NCBI GenBank assembly: GCA_020891255.1
Contig: BQFW01000009.1
Coordinates: 496,001-560,000, forward strand
Source: Entomortierella parvispora E1425
Lineage: Eukaryota > Fungi > Mortierellomycota
Reading direction: 5' to 3'
Length of the DNA stretch: 64,000 nt
Shown piece by piece: positions 37,886-48,324 of the stretch (positions within the stretch are counted from its first letter, which is position 1; the number at the start of each line of letters is the position of its first letter). The position numbers and the translations under genes were made by a program. The notes beneath the pieces were generated by a model that was not told where the DNA came from, did no database searches, and saw only the letters and a program-made list of their open reading frames with translations.

Positions 37886-40800
37886 TCATTCAGCTACAAC
37901 ATGGTCGTTGGCCTCGACTTCCTCCATATCCACAGTATCGTAGCTATCGCTTTTTCTGAGAAAACATGCTATAGCACTCTCTGCCATTTTGTGCGCGCCA
38001 ACAGTTTGAAGGTCAACTACCACGGATGGAGAAGGCCGAGTGTCTTGCTTGGATGCCCAAAGGATTCCACAGAACTGGAGATTGTCTCTGACAAGCTCAA
38101 CATCCTCTTTCGTGGATGGTTTTTTGTGAGCAGTGCTGTTGTACTTGGTTTCTATCTCCCGTTCGAAATTACGTGCAATGGTTTGAAATATCTCGACGTT
38201 TGTTGAGATTTGTTCGCGAAGATAGTCCCAGCTTGCGTTTGGCCCTTTCGCTGCATGAGTGGCTTTGAGGAGGAAGTTGATGATTTCTTGGTACATGTCC
38301 GTTGGCATCCATGCTTGAGGAATGCCTTTAGGGTTCACCAGCATGCTTGAAAGGACCCTGTGTTCCCATTCACGCGTCCACAGGTGGCGCATGCCGTGGA
38401 GAAATCGTAGTAGCTCAAGGGCATATTTGAATTGCCTCCGCCGTGCATCATCAATGCCACGGTTGGTAGCACACATCTTATCCGCCCAAGATCGCCAGCC
38501 TTAATAGCAGCAGAGAGTTCGATGAAAACGATCATGTCTCGGAGGAAGAGAAGAGCATTGATATCTGCTGGAGTGCAGGGCCGGCCATTGAGCAAGGGAT
38601 TGGCATGCTGCAGACTAGCTATGGCGTAAATGACAAGATCAACGAATCTTGTCATGTCAGACTCCACTGAGGTATGAAGATCTTCCCAGAGTACCATTGA
38701 CATTGCGTCGAAAACAATCTTCAGCAGTTCACTGGTTGGCTTGTACTCCGGTTTATCCGTGTTAAAGCCTTTACTGGCCAATAGGGAAATGAATGATGCA
38801 AGTGAGCCTGGGGTATTGGCATCGGCGCCAAGATGTGTCTTGTAGATCGTGGAGCAAAGTGTCATTTGGAGATGGAAGAGCTGAAACGTAGGATGTACCC
38901 AACCAAGACTGCCGAATGGATCCGACTCAACCATGCGGTGTACCTTGAGAGATAAAAGTCTAGAGACAGTCATCTGATCACCGGCCACTATGATGTCCCT
39001 GGTGGTCTTGCTGAACCATTCATCGCTTAAGCCGAGATCTATCTTTGTTATGTTTTCCAGCACTGCGAGATTTCCGGCAATAGTCGACTCATCGATCTTC
39101 ATGGTTGGCAATGGAAAAGTTTTCGTCTTAACAACCTTCAGTACGTCAATGGCCGGCATGGGAATCACGCAAACACTGGGTGATCGAGGCAAAAACTGCG
39201 AAATGGCAGTCGACAGATGTGTGCGGCAGGCAGCCCTAGTCATGGTGCGGTCGGTGCTTGTGGGGAAAAAAATGCTGGCGCTTGGCTCTGGCCTGTCCAC
39301 TCTGAAGCAAACCATTGGGGATGATCGAGGTATTTCAGCACTCCTGGAGCTCCCGAGATTTGAGCTGTCGGGAATCAGAATCACGGTAGCAGCTGTGCCG
39401 TTGTCGAACGTGTCTCTTTTTCCTACTCTCTGGTGATGGTGCCTTGTGGCAATGTTGATGTTGTCGTATACAATGTAAAAGTCGTTGTTGAGGACTGCCA
39501 CCTTCACCCTCTCCTGTGCGTCTTTGGTCAAGGCCTTCAATGCCCTGTGAATCTGATCATATGACACGCAAAGTCCAAGAGCCGACAAAGTCTCTAAAAC
39601 TCGTCTGGGAGCTCCCAGGCAGTGAAGATAGATGCCCATTACCATCTGAAAAGCATTGCATTGCTGGGATCTCAAGAACATGAGCATAGCAGAGATGCAG
39701 CCACGAACAGAGCTGGGTTTTTCGACCGCGCCTGCGAGCAGGTGTAGCGCTTCCCACAGTTTCTTCATCATTGTTGCCGATGTTGTCACTGCCGTTGTTG
39801 ACGGTGTTATCGCCGTTGCTGTCGATGTCGTTGTCGCCGCTATTGTCGCTGTTGTCGCTGTTGCTCTCGGTGTCGTTCTCACTGTCGTTGCCGTTGTTGT
39901 TGCCTTCGTTTACTCTGGTGCTACCATCGCCACTGTTCGTACCATTTCCCTTGCTAAGCATGCCGTCCAAAAGTCGTGTCAAAAAAGAAGCTTCGCCGGC
40001 GTAAGAGTCGAGAAACCCGTTCCTGAGGATCTTATCGATATTTTCCTCCGACATTCTATTGTGCGGGAATCGGTAGGCTGGGTGTGGGCCATCGTCACCT
40101 ACGACGCCGTTCTTGAGGCGATCAAGCTCCCGTTTAGTCCTTGAGACAACGACGTCTACAGCGCTGTTCACAAATGGGGCATCCCATTCTTTGATCTTGC
40201 GTAACTTTTGGCTCCAAATTTTGATAACGCGACGAGGACCGTCTTTGTGATAGAATTGATGAGTCCAGCGCTTGATGTTTTCATCTTGAGAGTTAAACAG
40301 CTTCTCGAAGAAGGCGGGAAGTGAAAGCTGTTGTTCCCTGATGTAGTTAAGAATCATTGCAACTTTGTGGGTAGAGGAATGCTAAAAAGAAAAATAATTG
40401 TTAGACGCCTGTGGGAGTGACATATTGCTGGTTTCTTTGGACAACCGGTCTTCACATACATGCGGCTTCCTTGTTGATCCGGGCATTCGATCCTCTCCAT
40501 TGGTCGCTCTGAGTGTGGGGGAATCGGGCATGCACATCTATACGTAATTCGTAATTCACTTGAGAGGTAATTCATAAATTACGATAAGGATGTTTTCGAA
40601 ACCATGTGCTGAATTTACCTGCAGTGTCGATGAGTTGAACTGCTCCTCCATGTCGGCCGTTAAAGTCCTAATCCTATCACTGAATTTCACTGCATGTTAG
40701 AAATTTGCGTAAACCTGGGGGCAACTAAAGTTGCGACAGGGTAGGCAGGTTGGGGTATCTCATGCTTACGCGAACTGAGGGGTGCTCAGATTCCTAGATC

Positions 40801-41140
40801 GTCGCGAGTTTTTTCTTGTGGGGGTCCTCATGTAATCGTTCCCAGAAACCCATATCATCGGCGTCTCTGTTCGATTACTTCCTAATCTCCGAAGCCAGAA
40901 TGGGCTATCGAATGGCTCTCCATCAGTGTTGTCACAGAAAGGATCGAGCAGAGACTCCTCTGACGCATGCTTGGGTCGCGGTGATTCATCTCCAATGCTG
41001 GGTCGCGGCGACTCTTTTCCAATGTTGGGTGGCGTCGAATTTTTTCCAATGTTGAATTGCGTTGATCCTCCAATGTACGCAGCCTGAGAAGTCGGAGAAA
41101 GAGCCTGTGCCTCCATGACAAAGGGTAAAGGTTGGGCCAT
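37886..41140 (-). CDS. Academ-type (DUF6589-like) DDE transposase; spliced 5' part, two frameshifts
   Basis: RSQQCNAFQMVMGIYL, GLCVSY, IVYDNINI (D), VAGDQMT (D), FHLQMT, KAGDLGR, MPTDMYQEIIN (E). Frame breaks at 39718-39722 and 38426-38428. Confidence 0.75.
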
Positions 41141-42046
41141 ATCGGTAGCACCAGAACCATTGGTAGTTCCCTAATCGATATGAATGGGAGGAGGTGGATA
41201 CATCTGTTAGAAAAGAAAAACGCGAGCAGCACATATTTTTTAACGATTTTTTTCATACTTGGTTGGCCACAATTGGTGACTGTATGAATCTTGGCGTTTG
41301 TAAGGTTTGTGAGGTGCGCGGGGTTCGTGGAGTTCGTGGTGCTCGTGGTGCTCGTGGGGTTTGTGTTGTTTGCGGGGTTCGCGGAGGAGCACCTGGGGAA
41401 TCAAGACGAAATCGTCCCTCACCCTATTGTAAATCACAGAGTTAGAAGAGGCCACACCAGGAAGAGGCCACCAGGCACCACATCAAGCTACTCACCTTGG
41501 TGCTACGCGATCTTCTCGGCGTTCCCGGGATATCTTGATCAGATTTGCTAAGAGCATCATGACTACAACAGAAAATATGAAGAGATGAAGAAAATAGAGC
41601 AGATGGACGCGTGGGCGACTCTGAGCATCATGGACACCCGAGACGCGTCTCCTCACCTCTGCTCGATTGGTCTTTTGCTTGCCATCTTTGTCATTTAATC
41701 AGATGAAGGGTATAAAGAAGAGGTGGCAGGAGCTGAATGCAAGATCGGAACGCGGGGTTTATGAAAGAAAGTGGTGGCATTGAAAATGAAAAAATGGAAG
41801 AAATTAACCCCATTCAAGCCGGGCGACGAGCGATGGCATGGCTGCATGGCTGGCATTACTCTCACTATTTTATTATTATTAGAGTGAATTTATTTAAAGT
41901 TTTTAAATTACACTATTTATCAGAGAATTTTTTTTCCTTTTTTGGACGAAAAAATTATTTTGGGTCATCCATAGGAAAGGGTGAGATTTGCGCCCAGCCC
42001 CTCTGAAGTGAAGGAGTGAGCAAAGAGGGGCTGGGTTCAGAGCTTC
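41026..42046 (-). repeat. Right terminal inverted repeat of the AcademH-like element
   Basis: Reverse complement of 34452-35472; diverged homology continues to ~40810. Confidence 0.95.
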
Positions 42047-42478
42047 AAGTGCCAGAAGCGGCAGTTGGTGGCCAATTGCTACGCACGCGTGGCCCATGCG
42101 TGACGCTGATTGGCTCTTTTGTGCACGCTCTTCTGTGTCCAAGCTGTAATTAGGGTTTGGACGGATCTCAAGAAGACATTCAGTATCCAGAATTCACATT
42201 TTTTGGGAACAAGCAATATTCACAGAAATTTATGGTCACGTGTATGTAATTAAGGGCGTACCATAAAGTCCAGGGGGCGGACTTCGAGGTACGATGAAGC
42301 AAATCCATTCTGAAAAAAAATGCAAATCCATTCTGGCCGTTCATCCTGCCAGCCCCCTTTTCTGATAAGACAACAGACCAAGAGTGTATTCAAACTAGCG
42401 CATGAACTTGAGAGACTGCAGTAGTTAAGTAGTCATTACAGAATTAAAGGGATAACAAGTAGAAAGCCAGAATGTTGT

Positions 42479-45400
42479 TTATTCAATCGCAGCTGCAGGT
42501 TTTTTTTTGATTACTTTTCTGTGGTAAGAACATATACCCCCGGCACGCTCAATTGGTTCCCGAAGACTTTCAAACGCCAATTGTTTTCGCACATCCAAGT
42601 CACGCTCAGCAGGCATCTCATGAATCATACCCAGAACGTGATAGATCACATCCTTGAAGTACTGGTAGTTTTTCCTATTGGAAACTCCAATATTGCCCCT
42701 GCGATATCGCCAATCTTTGCCAAAGGACACATCTAGTTGCCAGATAGGAGGGGTAGCTCCAGAACCTCTGAACCACCGTCGCCATATCTCATCCAAATCG
42801 ACGGGTACGGCGTCTTTTCTGTTCCCATCTCGCGCCAGCACAATATTATCAATATTTGGAGTTATCTGAGGTAGGGTCCATATTCGCTCAGAAAAGCTTG
42901 CTGCAAGCGCCGCAAGGTGACCTTCGAGATTTCCCTCCAATTGACGCTGCTGCTGCTGCTGATCGTGCTCTTGTAAAATTGGCGTTTGCTGTTGCTGTTG
43001 CTGTTGCGGTTGCGGTTGCGGTTGCGGTTGCGGCTGCGGTTGCGGTGGTGGTGGTGGTGGTGGTGGTGGTGGTGGTGGTGGTGGTGGTGGTGTTGTTGTT
43101 GCTAGGTGTTGACTTTGTTGTTCTAGATCAAGATCTTCATCAAGTCTGATCTCGAGTCGCCGTTGCTTTGTTCGTTCCCTACGACGATCTATCAAAGTCT
43201 CGTCGTCGTCATCATCAACTTGTTCCTGTTCGTACTCTTCATCCATGATGGACAATGCATGTGGGGAAGGGGGTAGTGAGCGGATAGGAGGTGTTGACGA
43301 TGGCACATCCACAACGTCTGGAGCAATACGTGCATTTTGATGAGTTGTCTGGTTCCGCTGCGCTACGCGGGCCTCCTCCCGCCGATGTTTTCTTAAATTC
43401 TCTGCCATGACCATTCCCGAGACTTCTAAGCCGAGCTCCATGCTCTCCATGTTTTTTCGCGTTTGTCGAGGTTGAGTAGAGGTGGGATGGATCTGAGGTT
43501 CTTGCGGTGTTAAAGATGCAGGCCTTCGGACTGCCTGTTGTATTTGCTGGACATGCTGAATGCATTCGATAGGCGCAAAGACTTGAGTGCGCAACGAATT
43601 CTCCAGCTCTGAAGCAGTTCTTGCAAGGCTTATATCATTTGATGCGGATATGCCAGTCATCTGCCTCATTTGTGCTCGAATCTGAAGATCCGCCGCTCGT
43701 AACATATCAGAGAGCATTGAGAAGATCCCCATTGTGGCGTGTTGGTTTAATTCTCGATGCTGCTTTGCAAGTGAATCCATGACGTTCACGTTCAATTCGC
43801 GAGATGTTGCTGCCTCGTCCCTTAGAATCTTGGGGAGACCTTCAGTGATCGCCTTTAGTTTGTCCAATTTCGACTCCACAACTTGATTGTGATGATGAAG
43901 ACCCGGTAAATTGGCCTTGATACTATCTGACAGAGGCGAGACAGATGTTTCCATGGATTCGATCAGGTTTTTCTGAAATTCTAGGAACTCGATTGATTTG
44001 AAAAGATCGATGTCGAAGATCTCATGTCGATGGTAGGGGCGATCTGGGATTGAGAGAGACATCAAGGCGACTGCGTCCTGCAGCACAACTTTGCGGAGGT
44101 GGGCGAGAAGAAGAAGAAACCGTATGAGCCTAATGTCCCTCTTCTCTATAGGCATGCGACGATCGACTGGTCGATTCAAATACATATCTCGATCCATCAT
44201 GACGTTTTCGACCCATACTGTCCAGTCGGGGTACGTGAAGCATGTCTCTATGAACGGAAAGACTTTTCGCTGCAAGTTGGCGTCTGGAGTAAGAGTGTTC
44301 CGAGCTAACCAAAGGCGTTCTCCAGGCAAAGTACAACCAGCCAGTTTCATAGGAACATCCTTAGGGAAACTGCTGAGGTAGTGAGTGACGACTCGCCTTC
44401 CTGTCTGCCAACGACCATGCTGAGAAATTGCTTCGATATCAGCTCCTGCTTCCTGTGCATGCCGTGCTCCTGATCCACGATGCCCGTGCAGTGGTTTGCT
44501 AGTTTTCACTCCAATGCTATCCAGCCCTGACTTGCCGGCCGCGCGGTGGGTGGAATCATGCATCTGTTTTCTTTCGTCATTTCCAACAAGCAGAAAAATG
44601 TCGACCCAGGAGTTATCTGCGGGGTCAAACTTTTTAAGCTGAAGTGGAAAAAAAAATGGGATAAAGTCACTCAGTTAATTGTATGGCCTTCAACATATCA
44701 ACAAAAACATATGGCACCAATATTTAATGGCTATTACCAAGAAACGTTCGAGAAGATGAAGCGCCAGGCTGCCAACAGGACATATCTGAACATCCTTGTT
44801 CCTGACAACGCTTCCATAGGCCGCCTTTCCATCTCGATTCGTCTTTCCTCGCAACATTTGAAGGATAACTCCCAAAGTGAACTGGTGACCATCCTTCGGA
44901 TGTTCATATGCATGAGAGAATATGTCAGACAACCTGGCCATACGCAAGTTTTCGCCTCGAGACATCATGAAGTGCAGCCAGGATCCACTAAGACGACTTC
45001 GAAATCCGACGATCTTCTTTCTCTTTGTTCTTCCGTGGTATCTGTGTTGCCAGCCATCCCACATTAAGGCAGACAACTCTGGTATATCATATCCACTGTC
45101 AAAGTTGAGAGTCGCTGTGTCTTCTGAGGTGAGTTGGGCGGAATACTCCAGAACATATCCCTTCATGAGTGAAGACAGCTCTGGAGATCGTAAACTGATC
45201 GTAGGATGCCCAAACATAACCTTGTTGCTCGGATCTGCCTTTTGCATCTTAAAAAAGATCGAAGCAGGCTTTGACGTATTGCATGACTGTTTCTGGAGCC
45301 GGCAGTTGGCCGTCAGGATCATAGCCATCCTTTGTTTTGCTGACTCGTAGAGGGCGAATCCCTTTTGGCAGCTCAGGGTCGACAGGGTGTTTGGCGACGT

Positions 45401-46462
45401 TGTGGGTCATGTAAAGGAGGAAGCGACTGGGAAGTACATTGGGTTTGACATAGCCCATTCGTTTGCACCAGGCCTATTGTCATGGGAGGTAATGGATTAC
45501 TCTGTTATGGTCAATAACGTTTGAAAATGATGAGCCAGTCAACTGTAGCAGCAGCATTCTATTACCACCCAGTGCCTCTGATAGCGGCCATATGTTGCCT
45601 GGGTACTCTTGGCCTGTTGTTGTTTGCCTTGGCGAGCAGCTTGCTGCAGTGCGGAGATCTCCATGTCTGCGAGTTGTTGGTCGAAGTCTTGATCGTCTAA
45701 ATAATCTCGACGAGCGGCAACGTCCTCTGTTCCTTGCATGAGTGGGTCATCGCTAGCATCCAGCTCTTGATCGGCGATAAACTGAACAGGTCCATCATCA
45801 ACCTCCAACTGGGCCCGCTCCTCGTCCTCCGCTCTTTCACGGTCAATTTCTTGCTGGGACCGCATGATTTCTTCTGGCAATGATTCTCGGGAGGACTGAG
45901 TCAGCTTGGCCACAGCCAAACGCTTTTTGGTCTCCATCTTCCTCAATTCCCTAGTCTGGTCATCTTCCTCGTCATATTCCGAGTCAGAGGATCCATCGCT
46001 CTCGTAGTCACTGCCATGGGCCTCGGATGTCCTCAAATCCAACTCCCCCTGTGAATACACAAGCTCTGCTCCACCAAAGATATCATCCATGCAGTCTCGG
46101 TGAGGTCTCTGCGTCATATGCGCTTTTGGTAACCGCGAGCTAGCTTCTCCTTCCGACAGATCGCTAGAGTCTTGTGGGATAGCACGCTCTTTCCCCTTGG
46201 AGGCGCTATATGACAGGTCTCTGTCATTATTTTGCTGATTTCTGGGGCCACGTTTCTTGCCTTTGTCGCTCCTGGATTTTCTCTTTTGAGGAACAGCATT
46301 GCTTGCACTCGAACCAGCTTGCGCTCTTTCGTTTTGGTTCTCGTTCATTTCACCCTGTTCAGATAGTGGTAATGCATATGCTGATGAAGATGACCCTGAG
46401 GAGCTAGATCCCGAAGTCGCATGAACTTCATTAGACACCAAAGAAAGCGAATGAACATCCAA
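42479..46462 (-). mobile_element. CryptonF-type tyrosine-recombinase transposon gene with C-terminal GCR1_C domain; 3 exons, one frameshift
   Basis: TQATYGRYQRHW N-terminal domain; catalytic set SRGENLR (R), RGKTN (K), LHGHRGSGA (HxxR), QHGRW, THYL (Y); C-terminal DLDEIWRRWFRG...GKDWRY. The frame break is in the A6 run at 45251-45256. Confidence 0.85.
42985..43100. repeat. (GTTGCG)n and (GGT)n microsatellites encoding PQ repeats and poly-Pro inside the Crypton ORF
   Basis: Directly visible; the minus-strand reading frame is preserved. Confidence 0.9.
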
Positions 46463-48324
46463 TCCTTCTTTCGCTATGCAGCCATGTTTTCCATGCTAAA
46501 GCAGACAGTGCGACAATGTGCAAACATACCCAGCGCATGAAGAGCAGTTGTTGTCGCATTGAAGTCTACATTGGGTTGGGTTGTCCTTGCCGCCCAATGG
46601 CTCTGGGAACTGAACATGCAATCTTCCCTCGTTTGGAGATGAAACGTTGGCTAATGGTTGTCCAGCGTGGGAAAAAATAGTGAGCAGTCGGTAGGGATAG
46701 TTTGGCGAAGGAGGGGGAAGAAAGGAAAGAAACGAGGCGCTCTGGATCTTGAGAATTAGAGTGAGTAAGAAGGAAGGGTGTTAAGAATGGTTGAATGGTT
46801 CGCGGAAAGCATGCAGCGTGCAATGCAGTCGCGCCACCAACTCCAACATAAAAAGCCCAGCCCAAAACCCCTTAAAAGACTTAACTACCCTGTCCCTCGC
46901 CCCGATGCGATTTTCGCCTTCACGGTGTTCACGCACAGAGTGACTTTTCTTAGTTTTTTTTTACTTTAAGCCACCAATTGAATTGACCTTGTGAAACTGT
47001 GTTCACGTTAGACCAATACAGTCTATTCTCTTCTCGTCTCTGCGGCAAGCGAGACGCTGAGCCGCTCCTTGTCCGTGGCCATCCGATAAACCTCTTCTTG
47101 CGATATCTTCCCTTTTGTAGTCATCTGGAACTTCGTTCTGTTCCATAATACCAGGGATCCGGTTTCTGTTCTGCGCGGCCTTCCGACCTCTACATATTCT
47201 CGGCTAGATGAATCTGTCTCGTCCACCGGCCCGTCATCCATGGATCTTGCTCTCCGTGGAATCATCCATTGCTACTGCTTTGGCAACTATCTACAAAACA
47301 CTGCCGCACAGAACAGAAAAAAAAATCACTGGGCAAAATTGTGTCTTGCGTATTGTGTGCGTGGCAATGATATCTGCTTACGGAGTGCTCTCTGTCCCTT
47401 GGGACAAAAATGGATGCCCACTTCCCACCTTGCTCTTGGTGAACACACAACAGCACACAACAAAAGTGGAACGTGGACTGAGAACGCTCTTCAACAGGGC
47501 TTGGTGGGGCCTGCTGGCGGCCTCGGTATGGATTTGTTTGTGTATTCCCTGGGTTTGCAGTGGTTTGACAAAGGGCAAGTGACCTCTTGAAGACAAACAA
47601 ACAAGTTTGGGCTGAGGGTGATGGTTGCACAAGGACGATGCACGTTGGGTCCAGGAGACGTATTTATTGGAACCTGAACTTGCTCTCACTTTCCTTTTCT
47701 TTGCGAGTCCGACAAAAGACTCCCGTACACAAACATCCCGGTAAAGACGATATTTACTCATTTTCTCTTCCGCCCTTCCACCTGCTCCTGCTTCTTTCCT
47801 TTTTCGCTTTCGAAAAACGTAAAAGAGGAAAGATAAAGCTCCACATGGGTACACCAAGCACCCCAATACGGCCTTTTTTTTTTTGGAGTGCTTTGAGTTG
47901 AGAATCCGAACAAACACTAGCAGGAGGAGATGCAAGCAGACAACAGTCAAGAACCATAGACAGTCAAGCACGATCAAATGGCGGTTCCCCACTTTGAAGA
48001 TGAACACTCTTGGATGTGGAAAAATTGGATTGGATTACTGGTTAGTTGGTGCATGCGCGCTAATGGTTACCCTTTGAGAGTTTTACCGGGGTTTACTTTC
48101 AGCCTAGTTCTAGTCAGCTATTCAACCATCATGGTAACGCTCGAGTACTGCACAGATTTGTTTATTTATAAAGTAAGTAATAATATACAGGCGGCAGCTT
48201 TAAGCCGCACATTTTGGCTATGAGACAGCCCGGCATGACATAGCAGGAGTAAGCCCGAGGAGAGAAACAACGGCTGACTCTTGTGATCAGTCAACAATAC
48301 AAAAGAAATAGTTGGTGTACTGAT

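Larger units (their letters stand above)
34452..42046. mobile_element. Complete AcademH-like DNA transposon (7595 bp): ~1-kb TIRs, 9-bp TSD, convergent RecQ helicase and transposase genes
   Basis: Termini GAAGCTCTGAACCC...GGGTTCAGAGCTTC; identical flanks AAGTGCCAG at 34443-34451 and 42047-42055. The helicase plus transposase cargo and a 9-bp TSD match the described AcademH lineage (recalled knowledge). Confidence 0.88.

Noticed and set aside
47023-47265. 80-aa minus-strand ORF upstream of the Crypton
   Set aside because: No recognisable motif or splice support; it cannot be distinguished from a chance ORF or a remnant.
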